The notes beneath the pieces were generated by a model. That model ran no database searches, had not been told where the DNA came from, and saw only the letters and a list, made by a program, of their open reading frames with translations. From Carcharhinus amblyrhynchos (Eukaryota): a stretch of 64,000 bases of DNA. Both the position numbers and the translations under genes were made by a program. The stretch is taken from positions 74,772,001 to 74,836,000 of the forward strand of contig OZ336875.1 of assembly GCA_965287045.1 (NCBI GenBank), in the 5' to 3' direction. Positions 23,501 through 37,176 of the stretch are shown piece after piece. Positions within the stretch are counted from its first letter, which is position 1. Every line of letters starts with the position of its first letter.

Positions 23501-24284
23501 CAACTTTAGTTGCATAGGTATTGAACTTTTACTCAGGTGGTCCTGAAGATGGATCAGTCTTCCTTGCTTGGCTGAATTGCACTGCAAACCCAATCAGCGG
23601 CTGGTTACAGCAGTGGGATTCTATTGGACAGAGATGTGTGAACAGGAGGAACCTCTTTTGGCAGCCTTGACACTTGGTCCTGGTACCTGCCAATGTGATA
23701 GCATTCTCAGTGGCAGGAATTGGCCTCTTAGGGCCTCAGTTGACCCATGGATGAGCAGCTCACCCATTCCTCACCACTACCGATGAACACAATTCCTGGT
23801 GGTGAGTAGGCAATGACTGTAATGCCATGGCTCCAAATTTAATGCTTCTAAATGCCCTCAAGGGCATAAATTTCCAGCCTTGAATCCCTGTTGCAGGGTT
23901 GTTCAACTGTCATCCCTTGCATTGCATTGGGATACAGTAGCAGTTCAAGTTCTGAATCTGACCTCACCATTTTAAAATGTCTTGTGCTGTGAATCCTAGA
24001 GTGCTTGTTCCATTTGGGGTACCAAATGCTCCTGAGAATTAACTGGTTATTGTGCTGAAGTATTTGGTCTAAGGTAGCAGGATAATTTTTCCTGCATTGG
24101 CATCATGATGTTTTAGTATTCATATACATTGCTCCACATGGTGCAGCTCATAAAGTTGACTTGTTTGTGGAGAAGGACAGGTGTGAATCCCTGCACGAGG
24201 TGTAACAACGAGTGATCACTTCCATGAACCCTTTTCTGTTTGGTCAGAACTGAAACATTCAAATTTGCAGCAATCTGTACATAT

Positions 24285-24940
24285 AGAAGTAAGAGTAGGC
24301 CAGTATGATTTTGGCTTATCTATGCTGGCCTTGACTCCTTTTTTCTGTGCCATCCCTCCTATCCACCTCCACTTTAAATACTTCTTCTAATGATCCAGCC
24401 TTCAATCCCCGTTGGGACAGAGAATTCCAGAGATTCCGTACCATCAGAACAATCTAAGCACCTCAGTTTTAAATGACTGGCCTTTTATCTTGGAGCATGT
24501 GCCCTTGTTTGAGACTCTCCCATTTAATGAAAACATCTTGCCATCTAACTTGTCAAGTCTGCCTCAGTGTTTTGTATAAGATCACCCCTTCTTAACTGTA
24601 AGAAAGACAGACCCAAACAAATTAGTGTCCCCTCATGGGACAATCCTCTCATTCCAGGAAATAGCCTGGCGAATCTCCTTTGGACTGTCTCCAACGTTAC
24701 TATATCCCTTTTTAAGGTAAGGGGTCCAAAACTGTATAGGTGAGGTTTCACCATAACTTGTACAATTTAAACTCGGATCCCTTTGCAAAAAGACTAAAAT
24801 GATTGCCTTAACTAGTTTTAACTGCTTGCTAGCTTTGCAATTTCATGTGCTAGAACACTTGGATCCCTCTGCACTACACCTGCAGTCTCTCCTTTTTAAA
24901 ATCTCCCTTTTGATTCCTCCTACCCAAGTATATGACCTCA
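24285..24940 (-). mobile_element. CR1 LINE 3' fragment
   Basis: ORF 24545..24754: VKPHL...KRDIVTLETVQRRFARLFPGMRGLSHE. Confidence 0.8.
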
Positions 24941-25642
24941 CAAAACAATTAATATATATCTAAAGTAGCCATCCTGCAATGCTCCACTGAATCCAATATC
25001 ATTTTGTTTTCTTTACTTGTAACAGATATGCCATTATTTCTGTTTTAAGCATTTTTTCCCCTTCTAAGTGATGATCCAGATAGCTCTCGGAATTTTGAAC
25101 TAGTGAGTCGTGACTGAACTTTCTGCTCCTGTTGAATACTTGTCTGCTCCTTGGGAGACTAAATTGTCAGAAGCTTCAGAATGTTCACTTCCTTCCAAGC
25201 TGTTGACCATCCTGACTTGCAAGCGTATTGTCATCCCTTTGCTATTGCTGTGTCAAAATCCTGGAACTCCCTGACTAACGGTATTGGCTGTACATAACTT
25301 CATGGACGGCAACAGTCCAAGAAGGCAGCTCATCATCTTTAGAGCAGTTGGGGTGGTCAGTAATTGCTGGCCTCATGGGCGATGCCCACATACCATGGGT
25401 GAATACAAATTGCTTCATGTTAATGGTATTGAGTCTGAAAAACTGATCCCCTCAAATTTGGCTGTTTTTAAAACCTGATTTGCTTGTAGTCAGCATGCAC
25501 TTGCTTCTGGCACTGGTGACTAATGAGTTTGTGCTATTTGAAAATGCTGACTTCTGGCAGCCAGGCTTAAGTGTGGATTTGAAACTATTTTTATAGTGAC
25601 AGCTGTTTGTCAAGTGCTGATTCCTTGTGTCAATTCCACCAG

Positions 25643-25777
25643 GTGACTGCTCTGCCTAATAACCAGACTGCCTCGAGCACAGCAATAACCCCAGCATCCC
25701 AAGGACGGGTACTCCAGACTCGAGTAAGCAATTCTCCAGTTAGCATGAAGACCACACCCTTTCAGGCTATGCAGACT
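25643..25777 (+). CDS. CAPRIN2: CAPRIN2 exon (135 nt): VTALPNNQTASSTAITPASQGRVLQTRVSNSPVSMKTTPFQAMQT
   Basis: ttccaccag| acceptor, |gtgagt donor; PFQAMQT is a caprin HR2 motif. Confidence 0.9.
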
Positions 25778-27646
25778 GTGAGTGGCTGAGACTGGTTTTA
25801 ACTTGGACAAAATTGCTGTCCTTTTTCTTGCTGTCTTAGCATAAAGCATTTGCAATTATTATCTTGGAAGGAATAGTGGTTTTTCCATCTGTTGAACCCT
25901 ATTCTACAAATGGAATTTGTAGGTGCTTAAGAAGCAATTGTATAGGTCCAATAGGATGTGCTTTAGTGATTTAGTTTTTTTGATGGGTCATGCTAATCCA
26001 GCCAGTGCCTAACTTCAGTGTAGGAATACATCTGTGCCTCAACACTTGGATCAGGTCACTTGTTGACTTTGCTCGTTGTTTCGTTTCTTTTTTGGAATAA
26101 GCACAAGCGGGTTTCTGGGTCAGCTTGCTAACCCAACAGTGGGCAATCTCCTGATGGACAATTCATAGAATAGCTTGTATGTAATTTGTCAGCCCTCAGA
26201 GGGAGAGGATGCTGCATGAGGTGGACGAAAGTGGGCTTTAATCAGCTCTTTTTGGGAGGCACTTAGGGGTAATGAAATAAGCAGTTTTGGGACAGGGCTA
26301 AAAGTGAAGATTGGTATTCATCTGCACTTTGTGGCCTCTTGAATGGAGCAAGTGTTCTTCATTATTTCTTGGAGGTATTTACAAACATGGTCACATCAGG
26401 AGCTGAAGGAAATGTTTTACATATTTCAGATTTGCAGTTGATCAGTTTGTAATCTGATTTCATCCATGACCCAGCTCAGAATTAATTTAATCTCGCATCA
26501 ATGTAATTTCAAGTTGTTGGCCTAGTAACATCCAATATTGTGAGGTCATTTGAGCTGGAAAGCTCTTTAAACCTTTTTGAAGTGCATGTCCATTCTGCAA
26601 GCTTGGAAGTCCAACTTCATCCATTTGATGATCATCTGTACTTAAAGTACCAAATTCTTGATTACCCACTTTATTGTATTGATTCTCTTTGATTTGATAT
26701 CCTGATGTTTTTAAAGCTTGTCAGCTGCCAATACTAACTGCAGAGTGAAACCAGGGACCCAGCAGAAACTCTTGCACTAGCCTGGAAATTCATTGGCTGT
26801 ACAGAAGGCTTGAATATTGCCAATGATTTGGACATGTCAGTGTCCATATCATTAGTGCTTCTTACTGGTCAATGCTTTTAAAGTAACCAGAACCAAATTG
26901 TAAATGTTACGTATGGTGTGAGTTGTATAGATCATTTGCTACCTGAGGCTTGAAACTAATTTCTGCTTAGCTCTGCTTAATTGAAGGTTCTAGAAGGGCC
27001 CAGAAATTGAAGTATGTACCATTTTGTTTAATGCCATGTGCTAATTGCATTGTCAGATTACATACTCCAGAGGTGCAGGATGTGGCAGACATGTTGCACT
27101 CTTGCAGCCTTTCACTTGAATCACCACAGCACAGACCCAGCATGATTCTGGAAAAACTTGTAGTACTTCCAGAGAGTGACAACTTTGGGAGTAGAATTGG
27201 TTTATTGTAGCAGCGTTGTCTTTCTAATGTTGTGGCCCTAGATTGCTGTTCATCAGGTATAATGGGATATTTAGCTTTTCTGAAGCTAATTTGTTTTCCA
27301 AGATTGGTCTAGTACAGACTGATATTTCCTGATTTGGCAGTCAAAAACCCAAGATTGTTTCTATTCACATTAATAGTGATTTCTTTGTCAAGTGCATTCT
27401 TAGACTTTAATTTGAAATAGGAAAGTGAAAAATTCATGACAGTCCTGTTGGAATTCCTATTAACACAGTGACGTTACTTAATCTTTCACCACCATGAGGA
27501 TGTTGCTGGCTGGGCCAGCATTATTTGTCCATTCCTAATTGCCTTTCAGTGGTTGAAATGGTGGCCCAGTCGCAATCGACCTGAGACTAAATGTGCAATA
27601 GTACATAAGAAATGAATGAAATGTAACTTTCATCTTTGTCTTGCAG

Positions 27647-27809
27647 GTGTTCAATGTGAATGCACCTCTGCCTCCAAGAAGTGAGCAGGAAGTGAAATCT
27701 GATGCTCCATATTCCCCTGTCTTTAATCAAAGTTTGATAACAGCTAGCACTCAAACTCCACCTCAGCCCGTGTCTCTGCAAAATGCACTGACGCAAGATG
27801 CTTTAACAG
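27647..27809 (+). CDS. CAPRIN2: CAPRIN2 exon (163 nt): VFNVNAPLPPRSEQEVKSDAPYSPVFNQSLITASTQTPPQ...
   Basis: tcttgcag| acceptor, CAG|gtatta donor; close match to recalled VFNVNAPLPPRKEQE...TASTQTPPQ. Confidence 0.93.
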
Positions 27810-27900
27810 GTATTAAAATTATGTACACGATTTGGGAATGGTACCGCTATCTGAAGTGTATATTAACCCCTTTCAAGTCTGGCTTGTAGTCTGCATGGAT

Positions 27901-27976
27901 TAGAATCATAGAATCCCTACAATGCAGAAGGAGGGCATTCAGTCCAAGATGCCTGCACTGACTCTCCAAGAACATC
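27901..27976 (-). mobile_element. HE1 SINE / HER1 LINE-type 3' tail inside the short 27810-28103 intron
   Basis: Minus strand ends ccttctgcattgtagggattctatgattcta, matching the recalled elasmobranch HE1/HER1 3' end. Confidence 0.6.
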
Positions 27977-28103
27977 TTGCCCAAACTGTATATCAAAGAT
28001 GGTGCATATTCCAAGAGATGCTTGGTGACATTCTAATTTTGGGCTACAGTGGTTTTATACTTGAATGCTGTTTAAATTAAATCTTGGCTTTGTTTCTAAT
28101 CAG

Positions 28104-28280
28104 AAGAAACGACACCTGTTGCCAATGGGGCCCCAGTTTTTCTGTCCCACAGTCAGCAAAATAATTCTTTGCCAAGACCAAACCAAGCGTACTTTGGGAG
28201 CAGAGGCGCTGTACGCGGAGCTGCACGAGGTGGCAGAGGAATTGCTAATGCATATCGTGGTTCTAGCAATGGATATAAAG
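28104..28280 (+). CDS. CAPRIN2: CAPRIN2 exon (177 nt): EETTPVANG...PRPNQAYFGSRGAVRGAARGGRGIANAYRGSSNGYK (RGG region)
   Basis: ttctaatcag| acceptor, AAG|gtgtac donor, phase 1 to 1; matches recalled PRPTQPFVNSRGSVRGCTRGGR...YR...GYKG. Confidence 0.88.
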
Positions 28281-29807
28281 GTGTACAAATAGGTACTGTA
28301 TTAATCTTTTTTGTGACATAATGACTTCTTTGACAGTTTTATTCCAGGTTTCATGAAAGTTTGATTTGATTACAATGCTCATCTGATTCAAATTGATTCA
28401 AGCCCCATCAGGTGATTTTTATAGGGTGCGTGCTCCCCATTATTTGCTTATCCAGACAACAGATTCTCTTTCTCAAATTGTCCTGTATTACAACAATTTT
28501 TTTACTTTTGAGAATATAGATCATGGTCAATCCTGAACAATTGTACTGCTATTTGGCTTGCAATATGTTTGTCAAATGCTTGCTGTATCAGTACACATTG
28601 TCCACAGTGAAGTGTAGCGCAAAGGAATTCTGATAGACTGGTTCAGTCAAATGCAATTTGGGGTGAGGCATAAAACTAACTAGCAGCACCTAGCTACATG
28701 ATTCATGACACTACCTGTGGCAAAAAGTGAAGGAAAGATTGCATGCTGTGCACATTACTTTCTAACACTAGAAAAGGCTGAGATCTTTCAAATTGAAAGA
28801 TTTGCCAGGGTTGATGAGATTTTCCACTTGTGGGAAGGTCAGAACTAATGGCCATAAATAAGATCAATAAATCCAATTGAACCGAGGAGCAAATTCATTA
28901 TCCAAAAAGTGATAAAGAATTGGCAACCCCCTACCTTGGAATAGTTGCATGTACTTGGTCATTCAAAGAGCAGCATGAGGGACAGGAGGATATACTTATG
29001 GGTTACATGGGAAGAGATTCCTTTTGAAGCACAAATAGTGGCCTGGACTAGTAAAGCTTGAATGGCCTGTCTATATGCAAGCAAAATTTTACCTCGATGA
29101 GTCCCAACTTTGCACTTTTTGTTTTTCCTTTGGATCTTCCATTCTTGTATAGAATGAGCTCAGTTGACTGATCCATATGTTTCAAAAAACCTTGATTGTT
29201 ACCATAGTGTTTGCTGGCTTATGCTTGGTTCACACTGGCATATGCAAACAGGACATTGTGTTTTGAGCAGCCTGAGGGGAATTGGATGTAATCCCAAAAA
29301 ATAGTTCTGGATTTGCATGCTCAAATGATGTGCCTATCCATATCTGATTGCTGAAGCAACAAGGAAATCAATTTTCCAGTAATCCTACAGATGGAAAGGC
29401 TAAGTACATGGCTCACTGGGTCTCCATATGTCACATCAGTCTCTAAATGGGGTTTTGTATACATGCAAGTGTCGGTTGTGTAATGCATTACTGGAACACC
29501 AACTGCATTGGGGCAAAAGACAACAGCATGGACCACTGCTGTTTTCTGTGCTTCTATACCCCCTGTAATTTGGAACTTGTCTAAAATTTCTTAGCTTGTT
29601 ATCAAGCTGAGATTGTAGGGCATGTTGGTTACAAAGCTCTCAAATGCAACAGTACTTTTTAAGGTAATGTAGATCATTGCTGTTTTTAAAGCAATACTCC
29701 ACTGCAATTTTGGTTTGAACATTGGAATTGTAAATTTCTGTCTAGTTTCTTGAAACTTGTGAGAAATACAAACATGAATTGCTCAGTAAGGAGTACCTAG
29801 CTAAGTA

Positions 29808-30793
29808 GAAGGCCTGTAACTAGTGTGCCACAGAGATTGGTGTTGGGTCTGTTTGTCATCTATATCAATGATCTGGATGATGATATGGCAAATTGGATCA
29901 GAAAATTTGCTGATGCTACAAAGATTGGAGATGTAGTGGACAGTGAGGAAGGTTTTCAAAGCTTGCAGAGGGATTTGGACCAACTAGAAAAATGGACTGA
30001 AAAATGGCAAATGGAATTTAATGCAGACAAATGAGGTACTGCACTTTGGAAGGACAAACCAAAGTAGAACGCACAGGGTAAATGGTAGGACTCAGAGTGC
30101 AGATGAACAGAGGGATCTGGGAATACAAGTACAGAATTCCCTTGAAGTGACATTGCAGATGGACAGGGTTGAGAAGAGTGCTTTTGGTACATTAGTCTTC
30201 ATAAATTGGAGTATAGAGTATAAAAGTTGGTGTCATGTAAGGTTATATAAGGCATTGGTGAGGCTGAATTTAGAGTATTGTGTACGGTTTTAGTCACCTA
30301 GTTACAGGAAGGATGTAAATAAGGTTGAAAGAGTGCAGAGAAGGTTCACAAGGATGTTGCCAGGACTTGAGAAGCTGAGTTAGAGATTGAATAGGTTAGG
30401 ACTTTATTCCCTGGAGCATAGAAGAATGAGGGGAGATTTGATAGAGGTGTGTAAGCTTTTGATGGGTATAGATAGTGAATGCAAGCAGGCTTTTTCCACT
30501 GAGGCTAGGGGAGGAAAAAACCAGAAGGCATGGGTTAAGGGTGAAAGGAGAAAAGTTTAAAGGGCATATTAGGGGGGGCTTCTTCACACAGTGGTGGGAG
30601 TGTGGAATGAGCTGCTGGATAAAGTGGTAAATGCAGGGTCACTTAACATTTAAACTTGGACCATATCCCTCCACACCCCCCTCATCCATGTACCTGTCCA
30701 AGTGCAGGTCAGTGGGACTGGGCAAAAAATGGTTTGGCACAGACAAGAAGGACCAAAAGGCCTGTTTTTGAGCTGTAATTTTCTATGGTTCTA
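29808..30793 (+). mobile_element. CR1 LINE, 5'-truncated (RT C-terminus to tail), with an internal 34-bp inversion
   Basis: LFVIYINDLDD...KFADATKIG...LQRDLDQLEKW...WQMEFN; LYKALVRLNLEYCVRF; tail ttctatggttcta. Confidence 0.92.
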
Positions 30794-31479
30794 TAATGAA
30801 ATGCTATGTATTAAATACTTGAGAAGGGGGATATTATGAATCAGGTTTTAAATTCACATTTCTCTGTGGTAGCTTGTTGTTCCTACGTTACTGTGACTGC
30901 AAAAGTATCTTTCTGGCTATGCAAAGTGGTTTGGGAATCACAATTATAAGTTGCAGAAGGAGGCCATTTGGCCCATGTCTGCACCAGCTCTCCAAATGAG
31001 TGTCATGTCTCATTGCCATTCCCTGTACTCCTGCACATCAAGTGGTTGTGAAAAGTGAGTTAAATACAAGTACTTTCTGCCTTGGGAAGGAGGAGTCCTG
31101 ACTTTGCCACAATGTGTGAAACAGAATTTTAATGGATAAAAGTACAGTTGAAGAGGTGGGAGGCGTTTTGAAGATCTGCATATATCCATGAAGGGTCCAT
31201 GGCTCATTAAAGCAGCTTTGGTCAACAAGTTAAGTATCAGCTAAAATGACTTGCAAATATTAACCAAAGTGATATTTAAAAATACAAAATAGAGCCCCTG
31301 TGAAGTAGCAAAAAGTATTCAGAAATAAAAAATGAGGCAAAATGTAGAGGCTATCAAACATAACACTGGAGGCTTTTTCAAATTTTAAGAGGCTTAAAAT
31401 TGAGGCATTAATGCGAGCAATGTGATTAACAGTCAAGAAATGCAGACTTGCTAAACAGTTGCATTGTATCAATCTTCAT

Positions 31480-32710
31480 AGGTAAATACAGGACAAGTTA
31501 AAGTAAACACAGGAACTAGTAATTTAAAGTTGAGAAACATTGAGACTAATCTCCAAGACCGGATGGCTTTTACATTATATTGAAAGTAGGTGAGGAAATT
31601 GTTGCATTAGGTAAGGGGTCAATGTCACCTCCTTTATTTGAGGAGGTAGGAGTGACGCTTGAGGATTATAAACCTATAGGTCCAGTGCTAATTGTGAGGA
31701 CATTGCTGCAATTTGTTGTATATAATGAACATTTAAACATTCAAATCACATTTCTCCAAAATAATAATCTTTTTTTAAAGGATCCTGTCTCATTACCTAA
31801 TTTTTGAATGATGCATCAGTGAGAATAAGTCTGATACAAAGTGGACTGCTGAAAGGCTTTCAGTCAGGTTCTCCACGCTTTTTTTCCATTTGTGAATCTG
31901 TTGGCTTGGAGAATCGGTTGGGGGATGGGAATGATGGATATGTACTCAAATAGGCAAGGTGCTAGTATAACTAGCTTTTCATACATGCATTGGGAGAAGA
32001 ATGGAATCATACTTGTTTGCTAACAGCACTTGAATTGGAGTAACTGAAGCAGACATCAAAACTGGCAGGTAGCAGTCCAATTAAGTCATTGACTTTGGAC
32101 CAGAAGCTGGGAGGTGTGGACTACCAGAGACACTCCAGTAGAAGTTGGTAAATCCCTGGACAGGTACAAAAATAAAGGCTAATGGAATTTGGACCTTGCT
32201 TCAAGTTGTGAAAGTGGTGCTACATTTCTAGCTCTGCATTCAGTCTTTTTTTATTGCTGTATTCAGTCATGGGCAGCAGACTCCGTCGAAATAATTGACC
32301 TTGGCAGGAATGAAAAGCAGACTCACCAGACTAATGAGTTGGACGTGCAGACTGTATAGAGGAAGCTTGAATGTGCTCCAGTATAGTGGGTTAAGGAATG
32401 ATCTGACTGAGATGTAAAGGAGCAATAGGCAGAGAGATAATGTCCTCAGGAAAGCCTAGAAATAGGAGCAGAGGCTTAAATTAGAGCTCAGTAGTTCAGG
32501 AGTACTGGCAGAAAATTATTTTAAGTGGTGGGAAAATGCCATGCTTGTCACTGAAAACCTAATGGAGGCTAGGGATCGGTTGAGATTTTTAAAAGTTGAG
32601 GCTTGTAGAAGATTATTCAGGTTAATTGAACCAAGGTGGATGGACAGAATTGTGATCAGCTATGCTCTAATTGAAATGACCTTTTGAGGGCCTGAATGGG
32701 TTGCCCTGTC
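31480..32710 (+). mobile_element. Highly degenerate CR1 LINE remnant; boundaries approximate
   Basis: gattataaacctataggt (DYKPI), ctgaaaggctttcagtcaggttctcca (KAF..V), ttttgagggcctgaatgg tail-like sequence. Confidence 0.45.
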
Positions 32711-33204
32711 CCAAGAACAAAATAATTTGTTTTTGTGTAGAAACTAATATATAGCACTGTTCCATTCTCAGCAATTGTTTTCCTCATCTTTTAATGTGAC
32801 TGTTTCTGTCTCTTGCTCACAACTGTTCCAAATTATTGCAATCTTAGTGCACATCTTAATCCAAATCTTAAGTTATGGGCTGAGTGCTTTGGTTCATGAC
32901 AACTCCCTTCTGACTGCCAATGCTAGGATTGAGCCCCCCATACAAATTTATTGACATTCATGATGGCAGACTGGAGCTTTTCAGTTCTATAAATTTAATG
33001 AACTTCAGACCTGTTGATAGACTAGGGAGATTGGGGCACTATGTATTCAACCATATCGCAATGTGGAGGGGAAAAAAAAAATCTGGTCTCAGTTTATCCT
33101 TACAAGTGAATGTGGTGTACATTTGAATCGTACATGACTGAATAGAGCTGTTTCCTAGGTTGGTATCATAGCTTTCCTGTAAACAGAGCCTGGACTTTCT
33201 TATT

Positions 33205-34000
33205 CTTTGGGGATATGGGCATTACTGGCTAGACCAGCATTTGTTGTCCTTCCTAAATTGCCATTGAAGATGTTGGTGCTAGGTCACCACCTTGAGTTGC
33301 TGCATCCCAGTTGTGCAGGTACATTAACAATGCTATTACAAAGGGATGTCCACTATTTTGACAGTGAAGAAACAGCAATAGAATTCCAGGTCTGGATGGT
33401 GAGTAATTTGGAGGATAACTTGATGCTAGGTGTTTCCCATTGAGTCTTCCAGATGGTAGTGATCACTGGATTGGAAGATGCTGTTGGAGGAGGCTTGGCA
33501 AGTTGTGCTGCATGCTGCTGCTATTGTGCTTTGGTGGATGGGGTGCCAAACAACAGGCTGCTTTGTCCTGGATAGTGTTGAGCTGCTTGAATGTAAACAG
33601 AGCCGGGTGGAGATTTTTCTATTACACTCCTGACTTGTATCTTGTGGATGGTATGCAGGGTAGTGAGTTACACTCCCAGAACTCCCAATCTCCCTGCTCT
33701 TGTAGCCAGTTTTTATGCCTAGTCATTGGTAAGCTTCAGGATACGGATTATGGGGGTAGGTGATGGCATGTTCCTGAATGTTAGATTCTCAATTTGTTAG
33801 GAACAGTCATTGCCTGGCCCTTGTGGCAAATTGCCATGTTTTAGCCCAAGTCTGAATGTTGTCCATCTCCTCCTGTTGCACATTGTCACTAAACTGCTTC
33901 AGTATTTGAGTCATGAATGCTGCTGAACATGGTGCAATATCCTCATTTCTGGTCTTCAAGTGGAGAGAAGATCATTGAAGCAGCTGATGGTTTGGTCCAG
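33205..34000 (-). mobile_element. LINE 3' fragment (same family as 22875-23500), interrupted by the young CR1 at 34006
   Basis: tgggcattactggctagaccagcatttgttgtccttcctaaattgcc tail; collinear similarity to 22875-23500. Confidence 0.6.
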
Positions 34001-34005
34001 AACAG

Positions 34006-34920
34006 AAGAACATAAGAAATAGGAGCAGGAGTAGGCCATCTAGCCCTTCGAGCCTGCCCCGCCATTCAATAAGATCATGGCTGATCTGTCGTGGCTCAGT
34101 TCCACTTTCCCGCCCTCTCCCCATAACCCTTAATCCCCTCTCTTATCAAGAACCCATCAACCCGCTTCTTAAAAATATTTAGCGAGGCAGCCTCCACCAC
34201 TTCAACGGGCAGAGAATTCCAGAGATTCACCACCCTTTGAGTGAAGAAGTTCCTCCTCAACTCCGTTCTAAACCGCCTCCCCCTTATCTTGAGGCTGTGC
34301 CCCCTAGTCCTACTGTCTTTTTTGAGCGGGAAGAGTCTCTCCACCTCTATCCTATCCATCCCATTCATCATCTTGTACGTCTCAATGAGATCTCCCCTCA
34401 TTCTTCTAAACTCTAACGAGTACAAGCCTAGTTTATTCAGCCTCTCCTCATAGCTCAATCCCCTCAACTCCGGTATCAGCCTAGTAAACCTCCTCTGCAC
34501 TCCCTCCAGGGCCAAAATATCCTTGCGCAGGTGCGGTGCCCAAAACTGCACACAGTACTCCAGCTGCGGCCTCACCAATGCCCTATACAGCTGCAGCAAG
34601 ACCTCCTACTTTTATATTCAATCCCCCTCGCTATGAAGGCCAGCATCCCATTCGCCTTCCTGACCACCTGCAAGCTGGGTTTTTGCGACTCATGAACAAG
34701 GACCCCGAGGTCCCTCTGCACTGTCGCCTGCTGCAGTTTTTCGCCACGTAAGTAATAGTCCTTCCTACCATTCTTCCTACCAAAGTGGACCACCTCACAC
34801 TTGCCAACATTAAATTCCATTTGCCATTTCCTGGCCCATTCGCCCAGCCTATCTAGATCCTTCTGCAGACTCTCCACACCCTCCGCACAATTTGCCTTTC
34901 CCCCAATCTTGGTGTCATCA
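34006..34920 (-). mobile_element. Young CR1 LINE, 5'-truncated
   Basis: ORFs 34572..34877 and 34096..34599 (LQKDLDRLGEWARKWQMEFNVGKC...LYRALVRPQLEYCVQFWAP...WNSLP); CpG-rich; ttcttatgttctt tail. Confidence 0.95.
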
Positions 34921-37176
34921 GGAATTCCTGCAGGGTTTGAAACATCCCTAATAGTTGTTCAAGCTTCTAAATTGTGGTGAATACTTTCTCCACCTGCTAC
35001 AACAGCCAGATTAGAACACGGATTACTTGGCAGACAAACAACCATCTTTTAATAATGAAGGGAAACCAAAGGCAATAAATCAAGGCATCAAACTCCAGTA
35101 TATTGAGGTGTTTAGAAAGGAGTCCAGCTATCCTGAAACTACAGGTCTAAATGCTGAAAAGCTATTGGGGAAGTTGTGGTTGGAACCACATTTTGCAAGA
35201 TGAGACCTAAGGTAGAAAAGAACATTACCAAAGTTTTATTAAACAAGTATCTAATTTGACAAGATTGGGTACATTGATTAACTTGCTAAACTTCAATTTA
35301 AATGAGTAAGAATTTGTATTTGGTACCACTTGCCATATAGAGCAAAAAAAGCTTTCCTGCAGTTAAGGTGAGCCCTTAAATGTGAAAAGTGATGAATAGC
35401 AAGCTGTTTTTTTTATTAGAACCATCAGACCTCTTCCTATATGGGTTGGGAGGGAACAGTAAATTTCATTAGTTTTGAATTGGAAATTGTTCAACAGATT
35501 GCAGAGTTTTCATAGTGGCAACATTACCAAACAAGACTTGCATCCAGATCTCAAAGTATCAGCACAATTTAGGCAGATATTCTTGTGCCCACTTGGAGAG
35601 CTAAATTCAACTATCCCAAAATAGAGAAAAGGGGAGGTAGTGGGCCCACTAGAAACAAAGATGCAAGTAGTTAATTGATGCAGCTACTTGTCCTCTTGTA
35701 AATGAGAACTAGTAAGTGTGTACTCCAGTATGCCTTCTCAATTTATCTGATGCTATCAAGACTGGAACTCACCTTGCCTGCCCATGTAGGCCACAGTCAG
35801 TCACAGCTCAGGTGGAGATGTGTGCAGTTGTAGATCTAGTTGGCTTTACAATGTGGACAAAGATCAATTCACTTTGGGGCTGCCTGTATTCTTTGAAGTT
35901 GTGATCTCACTGGAGATGATACTCCAGGTATCTGTGGTGTAAGTGCCATATTTTCCTGAGGCCTGCCTGAATCTTTGTCTACCTTGGAGTTCTGTATGAA
36001 TACTTTATCTTCTGGAGATTTTTAGTCACAGTACATATTCACTCCCATCTGAGCTGAGTTCTTTAGGTGCTTAAATATCTAGAATTGAAGCACTTGTGTT
36101 GGGCTTTTTGACCAGATTCCTGTGATGTTACAAATGCATAGTGTGGAACCTGTCTAACTGCTTATGTCTGGAATAGGTAGTTGTATCTCTCCAGGCAGAG
36201 GGTAGGTATGACCACAGCTATTATAACACATTGTCAACCCTAAAGGATGCACATCACTTTAGCCACCTCAATCTCCAGAAATATCAGCATTTCATAAGTG
36301 AAGTGGCAAATAGATGTACAATAGCTTTTGTACACAGCAAGTTTTGTAATTCATTTAATCTCTCTTGCATAAATGTGCAAATGCTGAGCTTGCTCTCTCA
36401 ATTCTGTTTGCCGCTTCGCTGTCAATGCAGACATTTCTGGAGAGGTGATTGATGCTATCTACAGTCTTCAGTGTTATTAATAGTTATAATGTTGGCATAT
36501 AATCCAGAATTGTGGAGAATGTTCATCCTTAAACTGATTAGTGCCCATAGTCATCCACTTTTCAAAAACAGTCTCATGATCCACAAATACCATGATTGGT
36601 ATACATAAGGCCACAAATAATTAGTAAACAACTCCTGTCATTTTTTAAATTGAGGATTAAATTAGCCACAGGTTGGAGATTGGCATCTGTCCTGAATTGG
36701 ATGTTTGTTTATTCCATCAGATGCCTCATTGACTGCAAAGAATGAGTACAGATCATGACCCATCCTTGCTTCATACTGCTTGTGTCAAAGGGGTCAGTGT
36801 ATTTACCACAGTCAGCAATCATTGTAAGCTGTTACATTGGAGTTCCAGCAGAACGTCAAATTTAGCTAAAGACTTGATGATTTCTGTTTCATGTGTCAAA
36901 GGCCTTTGTCAGATTCATAGGCACAGTAGATTCTCACCTGTGCCATATTTGTCACCAGTGACCCTGCTTTTTCTGAAGCTACTTTAACATTCAGAAGATG
37001 TTCTACTATGTAGCTTAACAGTTTTGAGGAGGACATGATAAAATCATCATAGTAAAATTCCTCTTTGGTTGTAACAATTGTGGCAACTATGAACTCCTGG
37101 GGAATGGCCACATTGAGTTTGGCTAACTGGACTGTCCCAAATTAGTAGGTCTTTCCTAAGATCCTGTCTGTGCCAA

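Noticed and set aside
23568-23880. Possible MITE with ggctgaatt...aaatttccagcc ends (similar ends near 46146 and 55912-56132)
   Set aside because: Terminal matches are short and imperfect and no TSD could be confirmed, so it is too weak to list as a feature.
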